Positions 12,500 through 25,760 of a stretch of 64,000 nt of DNA are shown in pieces. Position numbers and translations under genes: made by a program. Origin of the DNA: Raillietiella orientalis. Taxonomy: Eukaryota. Below the pieces are notes generated by a model, which was not told the DNA's origin, made no database searches, and saw only the letters and a program-made list of their open reading frames with translations. The stretch is from contig JAYWIR010000023.1 in NCBI GenBank assembly GCA_036172245.1, forward strand, positions 1,426,001 through 1,490,000, in the 5' to 3' direction. Position 1 is the first letter of the stretch. Each line of letters opens with the position of its first letter.

Positions 12500-15400
12500 G
12501 AAGCCTCAGGGCGTTTCCCCAGGGGCGCGCTTTCCTTTTCGGAAGAATTCCTTAGCGCAAATGTACCTGGAGGGTGGGTGGGGGGAGGAAGGGAAGAGAT
12601 GAGGAGGGAACGGTAGCACGAAAATTAGGGGAGTCACTTCCGGGAGAGTTCCCGCTTCCCTCCCTTTTTTTTTCCGCGCAGCGGTGGCTTCCGGTCTCTT
12701 CCCGGAGTCCTCGAGGGGGCACCTCCGCCGCCGCACTTGGCAGTTGCAGCGCGCGCTCGTCTGGGGGGAGCGGCGGCTGAGCGTTCGCGCAGGCGCGCCA
12801 GGCAGGCCTTGACCTTGAGCGACGGGAGGCTTTCCGAACGTGACCGTCCGCACGTCGCCGAGCCCGCTGGCAACGCGAGTGCAGCCGCCGCTCCGCCCTG
12901 TCTACTCCTACTGCCCTGATCAGGGAAGCGCCCCCTCTTCCCCCGGTGCCCCCTGGGGAGGGGGTGGGGTGGAGCCTACGAGTGAGGAAAGAAGACTCGC
13001 GGAAAGGGAAGGAACAGTGGGGAACCCCCCCTGCCATGCACGCCGGTTCGGGTGGGGTTGACCGCGGCCACGCACCTCCCCCGTCCCCTCCTGACCACTC
13101 CCTCTGTGGGAGAGCTGGGCCGGGTCGGAGTATCTCAGGGTCCCCCCGGCGATTCCTGTTTGGAGGAGGAGGAGGTACTCGCGGCTGGACGAAGGAGCGC
13201 CTCCCGTTCTCCAGGGGTTAGGAGAGACGAGGGAGTCCCGGGGTCTCGCGGGAGCGACTTCTTAGGGAAGGTCATTCGTGCGCAGACAGGGGACAGCAGC
13301 GGGAATGTAATCCCTTGATCCCCCACCGCCACCACCTCCGGATGCGTAGGAAGCCTCTGCCTTTCCAGGGACCCCGCTGCTCGCCGAGAGAGGCTGTACG
13401 GTCGCTCCTCATCCGCCTCATCCGCAGGGGGCCGTCCGTGCAAGGCTGCTCTGCGATTCCCCCTCCCCCCCCTTCAGAATCCTACTGTGGTCTCGCGGGA
13501 TCGCGCAAGCTCTGGCAGCTGCGCGCGCTCCAGGAGGGCGGAGCAGCTGGAAGGAACCGCGCGGACTTGCGCGAGCGCGCGCGTTTCCCTGACGACGTGA
13601 CTCTTCCAAGAGGGATGCTGGCGGAGGCGAAAGGTGGTTCCAGGAAGGTGGGAGGAAGGTGGAGGGAAGGTGGGGGACGGAAGAGACCCCTTCTGGTTAC
13701 CTCGGACGGAGAAGTTTCGTGGAAAGGGCGAGGCTGGAGACCCCGTCGCCTGAGGACACTCGCGTCGCCATCGTCAGGGGGCGGTGTCAGGAAGAGGGCA
13801 ACCCGCCGCTGCAGCCGCCGTCCGGCTCGCTGCAGCGAGTCCCTCGTGCCTGCTGGCTCTCACTCACTCGCGCTCGCACTCGCGTGCGTGCCAACCTGTC
13901 TGACCCCGAAACAAAGAAGAAAAAAAAGGCCACAGTGGAAGAAGAGGAAGACGCAGAGAAGAAAGTCCCACCTCTCCCCCCCCCCCTTCAAAAAAAAAAA
14001 AAAAATGGAGAGAATGCGCAAGAGAGCGGGGAAGGGGGGGGGGGTCGGCAGCGATGCAAGCGCGCAGGCGCAGTGCACGTCCGCCGCGTCTGCGCGCTTG
14101 CGCCGCCGCCGCGGGTTCCCCCGCGACGATCCGGCCGGCCGGCGCCATTCCCAACTCGGAGGAACAGGAGAGACGGCGAGCCGCATGTTCCGGTCGTTCT
14201 GGCAGCAGCAGCAGAAGAAGCAGCAGCAGCCAGAGAGCGAGCGAGCGAGCGAGCGAGTGATGTCGTTGCCACGGCGACGCGGGCCATCCTGTGCAGTGCC
14301 GTTGGGCGGATCGTGCTGAGGTCGTCGTCTCCCCTGCCCCGTCCTCCTCCTCTTCCTCCCCCGCCCCATTCCCGCCGGGTCTCCGCCCGCGTGCTGCTGC
14401 TTCTGCTGCCTCTTCCCGCCCCCTCCCCCGCACGAACGGCCGTTCATGGACATCGGGAAGAGCGCCTCCCTCGAAGATCGCGACGTGCAGCCGGCGTTGC
14501 TAGGCAGCGCGGGAAAGGGACACCCGCTCCGTGCTGGTTAGGTAAGTCGACGGGGAAGGGGCGAATGCCGGTCGGACTCCTTCCTCACCTCTGCCCTCAG
14601 GGGTCCCGCTTCCCTCGTGCGGTCGTGGTGGTGGCGGCGCAGCTGCCAGCATTTCCGCAGCGCCTCCCCCCTCTCGCGAGATCAGCCGTACGAGCGCAGC
14701 CAGGCGGCGGGCGCGGAGGCGTCCCTGGCGCGCCGCGGAACGGCGGCACGCGAGGGATGCCCCAAGGCGACGATCTCGCCCAGGAATTTCCCGATCGCCG
14801 CCGCCGCGCTCGGGCCCACCGCGCGTCCTTGGCTCTCTCGCCGGGAGAGGGCGCGCGCGCCTCACCTCGGCCGATGCGCCGACCGCCGCTGAGGCAGCCA
14901 GGAAGACTCTGGGAAGGAAGAAGTGGGTGGGCAGTGCCTCTCCTTTCCATTTCTCCTTTTTACCCCCGAAGGCATCAGCACCGCCTCGTTGCGGAGTCCA
15001 TGCGTCCGTCCCACGCCGGAGCGGCCGGGGACTGCGCGCGTCTCACCTTCTGGCGGGGAGAGGGGGAGACCGAAGAAAGGGCAGAGGGAAGGTGGCCAGG
15101 GGAACGGAAGGGCCAAGAGCTGCTGTGCGCGCAACGCGCTTCCTTCCTTCCCCCCCGCCATCCTGGCCCTTGGCTGCTCCGTTGTCGGGATCCCGTGGTT
15201 CCCCTGCCTGCTCGCTCGTCGCCCACGCGCCTCCGCTTCGTTCGTCCGCTAGGCAAGAGTGGCGACGTGGTCCTTAAGGTTCCTTTTTTTGTTTCCTTTC
15301 CGAGTCCCCCTCAGGCTGTCTGTGCGGAGAGCGGAAACCGAAAAAAAAAAAAATGCGGGGGAGGGCGGATTTTCCGCTTGCACCTCCAGCGCTCGTTTCC

Positions 15401-15500
15401 CCGCTTCCGCGCTCGCAAATGAAACCGGGAATTCGCCGGAAACGCGGGTGCTTTTTCTCGGTTACCCGGAGAACGCGGCAGCAGATGGGAGGGAGGGGAG
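12500..15500. promoter_or_regulatory. CpG/GC-rich island, putative promoter region of the Met-like gene
   Basis: Very dense CG/GCGC and C/G runs, with (CAG)n and (GAGC)n tracts at 14202-14257 and no recognisable TE motifs. Contains a perfect donor at 14542. Link to the downstream gene is inferred. Confidence 0.5.
14180..14541 (+). other. Candidate non-coding first exon (5' end uncertain)
   Basis: Ends in a consensus TAG|GTAAGT donor, is preceded by low-complexity 5'UTR-like repeats, and lies in the CpG island upstream of the first coding exon, which has its own acceptor. Confidence 0.45.
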
Positions 15501-18399
15501 AAGGGAAGGAGGGAAAACAAGATGTTCTGAGAACTCAGGGGGGGGATGGGGTGCAGGGGAATGCATTGAAGCAAGCTGGTCGATGCACCTGGTCTCTTTT
15601 ACGACCCTTTTGCAGCAGAGCGACCTCGCGGCTGAGTCCTCTAGAGTTCTACTGCCTGCCCGAGGATGTCCTTTCGCTTATTGTGCGTCCTCCTCCCCCG
15701 GCTTACGAGTCGTCCTCGGGGCGCGCGCCTCTGGCTTCCGGAGAGACTTCGAGTCCCTCGGGCGTATCAGCTCAAGCGGCCCGGGGCACACCGGGTGGCC
15801 TCCGCGCGGAGACGGACCAGGAACGCGGCCCCAGTCTCCTCAGCACCCTGACCCCACTACACCCAGTCCTGAAGGGCTGCCGGTGGGCGATCTTTGAGCG
15901 CGCGCGCTCGCCTCCCTCGCGTTCTGCCCCTCCTGTCTTCCCGTCCCGGCGAAGAACAGGAGCAGCCCTTGGCGTGGCTCCTGGAGAGCTGCGGCGGCCT
16001 ATCGGACGACTGATGATGTCGCAAAGGTGGAAGGATGTTCCGGACTCGGGGAAGGGTTGCCCTTGGAGTCACCTCCGACCCACCAGCCTCAGGACCTCGG
16101 GACTGGACTCCGTCGCGGGATGGCGCACTTTTTGGCAGCCGGAAAAGTCTTGTGTCCTGCAGGAGCCGTGCAGGAGAAAGAAGGGAGGATGAACGTGGGA
16201 GAGCTCCTCCCGTTCCCAGAGAGCGTGGTCTTCTGCCACGCTCGCCGGGAAAGCTCTGCCTTCAGGGTTTTTCCTTTCTGTTCTTCTCTGACTGAAGCTG
16301 TGCGGGCGGCACAGACCGAAGTGATCGTCACTGGAAGCAGCACCCCCGGGACCGCTATCGCATCAAGTCGCCACGGCTCCATGAAGACCGCGATTCAGAA
16401 AAACGAAAATAGCCGTAGCCTGGGCGCTCCAGCAGGCTTCTCCTCCTTTCCTTGTCCCTTTCCCCCCTTCCTCCTAAAAAAAAGGATATGGAAAAGCGAA
16501 AAAAAGGGGTCCTCTCCAGCCGCATCGTCCAGCGGCCCGGACTCTGCCGTTTCTGATGGCTGCTGCTTGGTGGCCCTCTTGACCTCGTCTCCTTGCGCCG
16601 TCATCCTATCGTAATATGCCGCCTTAAAATCAGGGGACCGTGGGGTGAACGCTCCTCTCGACGGTTTCCTGGGAAACTGTACTTCTCCTGAAAACCATGC
16701 GGTTCGGACGGACGTCTGCGCGCCGTGCTCATCCGGGAGGGAACGAAGAGGTCATGGATAGATGCTGACGGGGTTCACGAAGGCGGTGCGCGAACAGATT
16801 GGCAGGTCCTCTGTTCCCTCCTTGGACCTCTGGCTTCAGGAGAAGGGGGGGGAGTCAAAAGGAGCAGCTCTGATGGCTCTTGCGCAGGCCACCTCCCAAC
16901 GGCAGCGACCACCCGGGTAGCGAACGCCGGGGGATGGGGCGCTGAGTGACGCTTCTTCGCTTTTTCCATGGAGTACCCGCGGTCAAACCCACGAAAGAAG
17001 GGAGGTACGGCAGGTAGGGCCTCTCTAAGCTGCTGCCCGGAAGGAATCCCAGTCTAGAGAGGGGTAGGGACTGCCGGAGACTCTTGCGATGAAGTGGAGG
17101 CGCCAGGAAACGCGGCTCTTCCCGCGCGGATTCGCAACGGGCCGCAGGCGTCTGTGAGTGTGTCTTCCGCCCGCACAGGGGCGGATGCAAGCGTGGGGGC
17201 GGATGGGGGAAGTGCATGTGGCGGCCATCTCCCGAGGCGTCCGCCTTGGAAGGGGCATCGTCGACTCTTCGCCTCCTCCTTTCCGATCCCGCCTGCGGAA
17301 GCATCCGGGGCCGAAGAAGTGGGGAGGCTGCTCCTGGCACCCTGCGGAGTGTCCCTTCGATCGGTGTACACAACCCCGGCGTCTTACGGATCCCGCACGG
17401 CGGGACTCTCCAGCTCCCCACCTCCTGAAGCTCAGCGGTCGCTGAGGAAGCTCCGCTTCCGAAGCGCCTCCTCCTAAAAGGAGCGCACCATCTTCGCTGT
17501 CGCGAGCAAAGAGCACCCCCTTTGCTTTGTCCTGGGCCAGGAAATCTTGCTTGCCAGGTCACGCTTCCCTGAAGCGTGCTCATGTGAACCAGCCGCCCAG
17601 CAGGGAGGCCTCCTCCTGCGACGCCGAGGAGGCTCCTGCGCGCAGGACAGTCCCTGAGCCCCCTCAGGGAGGCTTGGTGGGGGGTAAGAAGGGACCACGA
17701 CCACTTCTCCTACAGTCCGGAGAAGCCCCTTTCCTGTGATTCCTGCGACCGGTTCTTCGCCCCCCTCAGCAAGCAGGTTTTCGAGGCAACAGCCTAGCAG
17801 CTGAGACGCCCTGATCCGGGCAGCTGACGCGCTTCTCCATCCAGGACCTCGAATAGGGGGTTGCCGCCCCTGGCAGCTCCGTTCAAAGGGGGTCCCTGGA
17901 ACCGGGTCTTCCGCCCAGAGCTGCAGCCCGGCAGAAGCTGCAGAGCGAGCGCCGCCGCGTGCTGCCACGCTCGCAGGCTCGTTGGCTTAGCGCCATCCTG
18001 AGATGGGGGCGCACCTTACAGTGCTCCATGACGGCGCTGCTCTTTGACGACGGGAGATTTTGCTCTTCCAGACCCTCGTCCACCCCGGGGTCCTCGACGG
18101 AGGAAGCTGTGCCTTTGGGTGCCAAGGCGCTGGCGTCGATCCTTTCGGGTCGTCAGGTTGCTTTTGGTGACCTGACGACCCCCATCCTCGAGTTTCCCGT
18201 CGTCTTCCTCCAGGGCAACACGCTCTCGTCCGGAGACTGCTGGCCCGGCCTCAGGCTTTCCATATCCTTCTCAACCTTCTCAGGGCGCCTTCTCGGGAGT
18301 CCTGGGTTCCTCCAGTCTTCCAGCGCTGCTCCTCTGCTCCTCCACCGTCACGAGTCCCTCCTGCGTCGCGGCAGGAGTTCTCTCCGCTCCTCCTCTTCA

Positions 18400-19130
18400 G
18401 AGACTTCTTCCCCGCAGTGCTCTCCCTGCGGACTCCAGCGGTCACATCCTGCTGCTGTCTCGGACGGACCGGTGCAGTGGTGTCGTTCCGAGGGATTTCC
18501 GCGGAGAAAGCGCGTGCGCATCAGGTCCTTCTTTTTGGCGCTGTCGAACTGCCCACCCTTCCCTCCTCACAGGGTCGGCAGCGGCAGCAGCTTGCCCCCG
18601 GAAGCAGAAGAGTCACCCGGATGAGGCGGAAGTGCGAAGGGAGAGACAGCTGCATCCAGGTATCTTGGCTGATCCTCCTGGAGAGGCAGGATTCGGGACA
18701 TTGGTCATCGCGGTACGCGGGGAGGGGGGAACCCTTCCCCGTCCCATTGGGTCAGTGGCGGCACGGTCTTGCCGGAATTCTGTCACTCCGGCGCCGCCCA
18801 ACGCTTCGCCGGGCGCGCGCGCGGTGGTGATGGTGGTGGTGGTGGTGGTAGGGGCATTCCAACTGCTCTCTCCGTCTTCCCAAGTCCCGGAGTGTCGGGC
18901 AAAGCGCCTGGAGGCCCGAGTCGATTATGTCCGTTGGAAGTTCGAAGAGGGGAGGAAACATCGCGCCTGAGGAAATTCCGGCTCTGCAGCGCATCTTTGG
19001 CAACCACTTGACTTTCGGGAAGCCCACCCGCTTGTCGAAGACGCGGCCGAAGACTGCAGGGGCATCCTCTGGGAAGGGCGAGTGACGCTGAGGACTTTCG
19101 TCGAAAGAGGGGGATTCGGCGCGTTGCCAA
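18400..19130 (-). mobile_element. Ty3/Gypsy gag relic
   Basis: 'SPFPEDAPAVF...AGISS.AMF..LFELPTDII' (cf. PPFW...P..WF...GIT...KF....LP) and 'TWMQLSLPSHFRLI' (cf. LWLQRLP..V..IL). Confidence 0.45.
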
Positions 19131-22100
19131 GACTTCCTAGCGAAGCGAACTGTTCCGAGGAAAAAGCCTCGTCCGGAAGAATGCTCCGGCCGATCTTCTT
19201 GGTTCCTGAATAAGCGTTCTTCGGAGAAGAGGAGAGGAGGCGCTGGGTGTCCCGGATAAGAATCCTGAGATCTTAACGGCGGCAGTGCCTCTCGGCCCGT
19301 TCCCCCTCCCCTCCTCCCTGCCCCGCTTCCTTCCCTCGCGCCTCTCCGGCCGCTATGATCCCCTCCTCCGGCAGGCGGCCACAATCACGAGAGCTCATGA
19401 TATCATCGCCGGCAAGCGGGAGTGCAGCGCCCTCTCCCGCCTCCTCGGGAAACTGAAGCGGGGGAGCGCAGGAGCGCCTAGCAATACGCTCCCATCGTAA
19501 ATCAGCCTCTCAGCCGTCTCTCCCGTCGGGTTCGGGATGGCTCTGCGGAAATCCCCAGGCGCGAGCACGCCTACCGGGAAGGAACGCTCCGGGGAAAAGG
19601 GGAGGGAGGGGGAATTCCCCGCGAGCTCCGGTGTCGCTCGGAGGCGGGGAGCGGAACTCAAGGGGAGGGATTGGCCCCATGTGCCCTATCCGCACCACGC
19701 CCGGCCGCTTGCGCAAGGACCGAGCGGGCGTGCGCGGCGGATCCTCTCTGCCCCTGAAGCTTGCTCGCGGGCAGTATCGGCGCCGCTGAACGAAAGGGAG
19801 GCGCGATTATTGCTAGTTGAAAACTGCCCCCGAAGCTTTCGGAGGATGGGCGGCGGGCTGTGGCGGCACGGGGGTGGCGGTTTCGCGGTGAGAGTGGGAA
19901 GGCCGGAAGGAAGCCGCCTCTCGTCGCTCCTGCCGTTTTCCGGCGGGAGCGACGAGCATCGGACGGGACCGGACGACGACACGGCGAGTGGAATCCGCGC
20001 CGGACCTCTCTCATTCGAAGCATGCGTACTCGAGATGGCGGCGCGCGGGTGCGGCGGCTTCGAAGCCTGCTGGAGGATGCTCATCCTGTTTCTGCATGGG
20101 GGAGGTGTCGAGTTTTTCGTCCTCCGGAGAGGGAAGGCGAGACGCCTGCGCTTCGAAGTTCCCGGAGGAAAAAAAAAAAAAAAAAATCTCCTCACTTCCC
20201 TGTAGGCGAGATTCCGACGATCCACGGCGGACTCCGCCACGTCGGACTTCCGGCCGCGTGATCAGCGTTTCGCGCGGTGCGGAAGACGCCATGTCGTTGC
20301 TCCTCGGAGAAGGATTGTTGCGTCAGCGCGTCGAAGCTGCTCTCCAGTCCCCTCGGGCTCGTGGCGACCGGCAGGCGTGCAAGTGTCGGATGCTGGTCGC
20401 CTTTTTTTGCTGCTATGCGTGCCACCCTGCCCGTAAGACTACGGGCTTCGGCTCGAAGGAGGAGAAGGAGGCAAGCAGGAGCGGAGTGATGGCATCCGTC
20501 GCTCTGCGCGCCCCTGCTGGCGTGGAACCACCTCCTTTGCCTTCGTGGCACCCGAAATTGGGGTTCGCTCGAGTGCTGCGCCCGTAGCGGTCGTGCCAGC
20601 GTGTTACCAGCGCTGGACCTTGCTCCTAGGCAACTCCTCTCCAGGTATGCGTCATGCTAGGGAATTGGCTAGGGAAATCGGGTTTCGCAAGTTTGGCGAG
20701 CCAGGAGGTGGACGCGGCGAGTTCCCCTACGTTCGGTGGGGCACTCGCGTCAAAAGCGCAACCCAGAGGAGGAGGGAGGGGGTGAGCTCTTCCAGCGTCT
20801 TCGGGGTTCGAAGACCGGAAGCGGACAGAAGCAATTTCCCGAACCCGTCTCGGGTCCATGTCGGACGATGCACGCACCCGAGACAAGTTCCAGTTCGCGG
20901 GGCTGATTGGACTTTCCGTACAGGCTGGTCCCACGTGACTTTCACTTTTAAAACGTTACATTTAATGGAACGCGCATTTAATGGATTCCACCGTGGATGC
21001 GAAGCAACTAGTCGGAACCAGATTCCGAATGCAAATGGGCAGCTAATGAGACCTACCTGGGTACGAACGCCAGTGCTTGCGCGGCTGAACGAGCAGCTTT
21101 CACCGAAAGACAGACAAAAGCGGCTTGGAGGGCCGGGGGAGACTGCGGCGGCTGGCTGAAGACAGCTCCTCCTTTTTCCCTCTCTTGGGGGGCAGTGGGC
21201 TTTGAAGACCCTTTGAAGCAGCTTCGACCGTTCGTCGCTCGAGGAAGAGCAAGAAGACCTCATTTGATTGACCGACGAGCACTTTCTCCCCGTAATGAGA
21301 ATTCCTTGATTCTGAGGAGGGACTCGTCCGTCGTCCGGAGGAGCGCGAAGGTTCCAGGGAACCTGGACGGAATCGGTCTTTACGTTCCGTCGCTTCCCGT
21401 GGAGCGTTTCATCCCCTTCGGTGGCGTTCGGAGCCGGGCTGCATCCCGACCGAACGCACCGAAAGCCATCCATGCAGCAGCCATCCTCGAGACGCCTGGG
21501 GACGGATGAGAAAGCATTCGTGGGAATGATGACGACGATGATGGAGCCGAGTTCCCCACTGAGCCAATTTCGCAGGCGCTCATAATGCCGCTCGGTCATG
21601 GGAACGCTCCGCCAGTCGGAGCTCTCCAGGCGCGTTTCTCGTTCGCGGGGGCCCGGTCCGCTCTGGAAGCTGCGCTGTCGGAGCGACTGATTCTCCGGGA
21701 GGGACTCCAGCTGAAGGGATCGGGAGGATGCTCTCGGCCAGCAGCCGAGTGAACCGACGGACGATCCTGTGGAGAGGATCCTGTGGATCACTAAGTAGTG
21801 ATGGTTGCGCGCGCGCGCCTGCCGGCGATTCGTCTGTCGAGAGGCCTTCGGAGTGCGAGGAGGCAAGGTGCGCGGTTCATCTTCGTCCGATCTCGAGAAC
21901 GCGCTTCTTCCCTTGCTGTTCCCTTTTTTTCGGAGGAGAAACACTTCTTTCAAGGCTTCCGTCAGTTCATCTCTACCGTCTCCATGTTTACACGCATCGC
22001 AGGAAGGGCGAATCTTCATTTCTCAAGTCCCATTTCGCCACCTTTATTTTATTTTATTTTTTTTCGTTGTTGTCGTTCAGCCTCCGCAACGAAGGACACC

Positions 22101-22204
22101 TCGAGCGCCTTTGTATGGGAAGTGCATTCGGCACGAACTATGGAATGAATGTTGGCAGGGAATCTCATTTGCTGTGCTCGCTCACGTGACGCGATGTTTC
22201 GAGT

Positions 22205-22237
<33 letters not shown>

Positions 22238-23229
22238 CTTGCTCGAGTACCTTTTACGAGGGTGGGGTTTAGTTCTGCTGGCACGTCGAGATCGCCTTCT
22301 GAGTGCCAAGATTTTCAGCGGTGGTGCTCGCCATTCTTCGGAGTTTCGTGATTCACCGCAGGGTGCGCTTCCCTCCCGCCCATGCATGAAGGAGAACGGC
22401 TCAAGCTGCTCCCCCCATCCCTCCTTCCCTTCGCGTCAGCGCCATCGGGGGCCAGCACAGCGATCGGCGCGCGTAGTCCGCGTTCCGCGGGCCGCTCGCG
22501 GGGAGGAGGAGAGCTCTGGTCGCTGCTGATTTCCGAGGAAGATGCGTTACGTCGAGATGCCCGCCCTCGTCCAAATGGTGGCGAAGACTCGGGAAGCAAG
22601 AGGGGATGGGGGTTCATCCGTCCTCGCGGCGGGCAGCCGGAGCTGGTGGATGCAAGCCGGACTCGGTAAGGGTCGTCCGCCTCCGTTCGTCGCGCGTCCC
22701 CCTCCAGACTTACTGGGTTGCTTAAGGGTGGAGCCGTTTTCTCCGTCGCGCGCCCTCTGCCGCGTCGAGATGAGGGCTCGCCCCTCGACTCCCCAGAGTA
22801 TTCGGAGGGGGCGGAACCTCTTCTTTTCAGTTTTTCCTACCGGGAGGAAATTTTCGTTCCCTTCCTCTTTTCGTTCTTCTTCCGGCTGGATACCATTGCT
22901 TCGCTGCACTGTGCTCACGAATTGGTGATGCTACTGCTGCGCTCGGTTCGTCTCGCCCGAGGAAGAGGCGAAAACGCAATTTTCCCGTCACAGGAGCTGC
23001 GTGTCGCGGCGGTCGGCGGCTGCGCGCCCCGGCTGCGCGGGATAGAATGTTTTTTTTTCTCCCTCCCTCGCGGATTGTACGCCCTCGCCGCCGGCTGCGT
23101 GCGAGCGTCGCGCGGCGAGGTCGCGTCGCTCGGTAGCGGGAGTGCTGTATGCCCGCCGCCCGCCTCCTCGACCTCAGTTCCTCAAGTGCCTCCCTCTCCG
23201 GCCCGCAGTGGCGGCCGCGTGACTGCTGT

Positions 23230-24130
23230 GGTCTGCGCGCTCGTCACCAAGCGTTGAAGGTTCGAATCTCTCCCGGGGAAGGATCGAATGGGTGCGTCGT
23301 AGGTTTCGAGACCCCCCCATCCCCCCCGCAGGATGGCGGTGGGGTGTACCTTTGGGTGCAGCACCAGTGGAAGCCGGATGCCCCTGTTGGCTGACCAGGT
23401 CCCTCTGTGGTTATTACGGGAACCAAGGAGAGCCGATTCCCTTCGGGATTTCCCTCTCCGGTCGTGCACATGGAGCCACCCCCTTCCTCGGAGGAAGGGA
23501 ACCCTCCATCACGTTCCGTGGATCTGGTTGATACCTCTTCGGGGTTGAAGAGGCATGCGCGCGACTACCGAGGGGGGAAGCACGCACGAAGGGTCTTCCG
23601 TTCCCTCTGGTGCAGCAGCGTGTGGAGCCGCACTGCCTCCTTTAGCGGTATCCGAATCCCTGGCGCCGAGAACGCTACTCCCGCGGACCTACCGCTGCCC
23701 GAGCCCCTCCGCCGAGACCATTCCTGAATCTCGCCAGTGTCTGAGTTGTCGGGAGTCGGCGAAGAATTTACAGTGCTCGAGACAGGATCCAATAAGCATC
23801 TCGGAGCACTGCTGTGTGATCTTCATGCTTCCGTGCTCCCACTCTTCCACAGATGTTCGCAGCTTCCTCGGGCGGAGATCAATTCCCCCTCCTGTCCCTT
23901 CCTTCCGAAACTCGGCTGCCGCAGGATGATGATGCTCGGGGTGGCTCGAAAAAGCTTCCTCGATACCGTCGCTCTCTAGGAAACGAAAGAGATCTCTTGT
24001 GAGGGAGGAAGGGGGAGGAGAGCACGCGAAACACCTCTCTGGCCCCTCTGCGTGCAGGTTATCGATCCGTGGCAGCGCGCAGGAGTAGGCTGCGACCGTC
24101 ATTGGCCTCTCTTTTCCGTCTCGTTGTCCC
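23230..24130 (+). mobile_element. Ty3/Gypsy protease-RT relic
   Basis: 'GCVVGFE...DGGGVYL', 'LCGYYGNQGEPIP', 'GVGEEFTVLE' and 'ISEHCCVIFMLP...DVR' follow the protease then RT N-terminal order. Confidence 0.45.
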
Positions 24131-25399
24131 CAGGGATTTAGGGACTGGTGTGATCGTGCTCCTCCTCCGCTGAGGAAGGGAGTCCGAACACCTGGGCTCC
24201 CGGAAGGTGCGCGGGTGTTCGCGTGCTCTTCTTGTCTGAAGAGCTCAAAATTTGCTGCAGACCTGCTGCTTTGCAGGGCTTTTCTCCCGGCACCATTCCC
24301 CTCCTCTTCGTCGTCCCGGTGCTGCTCCTGCGAGGAGGTGAGCTTTCGGGAAAGAGCAAAAAAGAGAAGAAGAAAAGAAACGCGCCGCGCTCTCCCGAAC
24401 GAGACGAGCCAGGCTCACCCGCGCGCGCGCGCGCGAGCAGCTTCCGGCGAGCGGTCCACTCTCGACGGCTCGCGCAGGCCCTTCCCTTCCTCCGCCGCTC
24501 CGTCTGCTGAAAGCTCCGCTCTCTTGGACGGTTCGGGACGCATCCTCGCAGTGGCAGCCCTCCCTCTTCATTTCCGCACAACGAAACCCCTCTTCAAGTC
24601 GCGCTTTTCTCATGCTCTCGGTGCCAAGCGCCTCCCGGTTCTTTCGTTTGTAACCCTCTCTTGTCGTCTTCCGCCATTCCGCAAGAGGGATTGCAAATGG
24701 GAATTCGAAAATGCCCGGATGGATGTTTACGAACCCACGGACGGAACGCAGGATGATGTGGCCTTCAACTTACAAAGAGCAAACTTTAAAATCGAAAGAA
24801 TCTGCTTAATGGACGAGTCAGATCGCCGGCTCGGGATACGCTTCTCCAACCGTGAAAATCTCGAACCGCAGGTCACGTGATCAGTCGCGTTCCCGTGATT
24901 CGCTTCGAGCGCGATCCGGAAAGCACGGGAGAAAAGGCCTCCTGTGTCATCGTGTCGCGCTGCGCATGGGCCCGCGTGACGCGCGAAACCTACCAACCAC
25001 CTCTCCTCCTCCGCTTCCTCCCCCTCTTTCTCCCCCTCTTCCCCTCCTGCATTTTCCCCTTCAGCGTTCTCGGAGCCTTCCAGACACGCCGAATCCTTGA
25101 GTCGTGCAGTGTTTATAGAGCGTGGAACATTTTCCGCGCTCGCTTCCAATTAACAGGAAAAGAAGAAATCATTTCGGAAAATCTGCAGCTTCCTATGGTG
25201 GTTTTTTATTTTTATTTGTTTTCGTCGCGCCTCACCGAGAGCGGGACTTCTCGCTTTTTAAACTCGAAGATAGCGGTGGCAGCGATCTCTTATTTTTCGG
25301 TGCTTACCTACCTATGAAACCTACAAATCCCATCGCCGTTAGGAAATGTCAACATCCACTCTCGCTTAACAGCAACTGCGGGCGGCACGGCATTACCGA

Positions 25400-25760
25400 A
25401 ATTTCCTGATGACCATCAACTTGGATGATTCTTGTACTCAAAATCAGATGCTTCCCGCTTCCCATCTTGAAATTCACGATGAACCGCACCGTCTGCCATG
25501 ATCCTTGTTCTAGAATTCCCTCGGAGTCATCTCACCCCTCACCCTATCCCCAATCACGATCAGCTTGATCCATCCTGGCTTCCTACAGCCTGCTGGTCAC
25601 CATCCCGGATGACCTTCACAGGGAGGTCATCCGTCCTCTTGCGAACACAACTCGCACCATCTGCGGATTAAAAATCGCTCGGATGAAACCTCAACTTACC
25701 TACGCTCTTCTACAGAATATCCTGGCCCTTCTTGCGTGGTTTACGCTTGACTGCTGTGGG
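25400..25760 (+). mobile_element. LINE RT C-terminal fragment
   Basis: 'NSLGVIS' (cf. KFLGV..D) and 'LHREVIRPLANTTRTICG' (cf. LYK.LIRP.L.Y...W). Confidence 0.35.

Noticed and set aside
13659..15422. 587-aa ORF, and similar long ORFs at 11387-12616, 20727-22019 and 26389-27756
   Set aside because: Arg/Pro/Gly/Ala-rich low-complexity translations with no domain, overlapping ORFs in several frames and running through homopolymers; expected in stop-poor GC-rich DNA.
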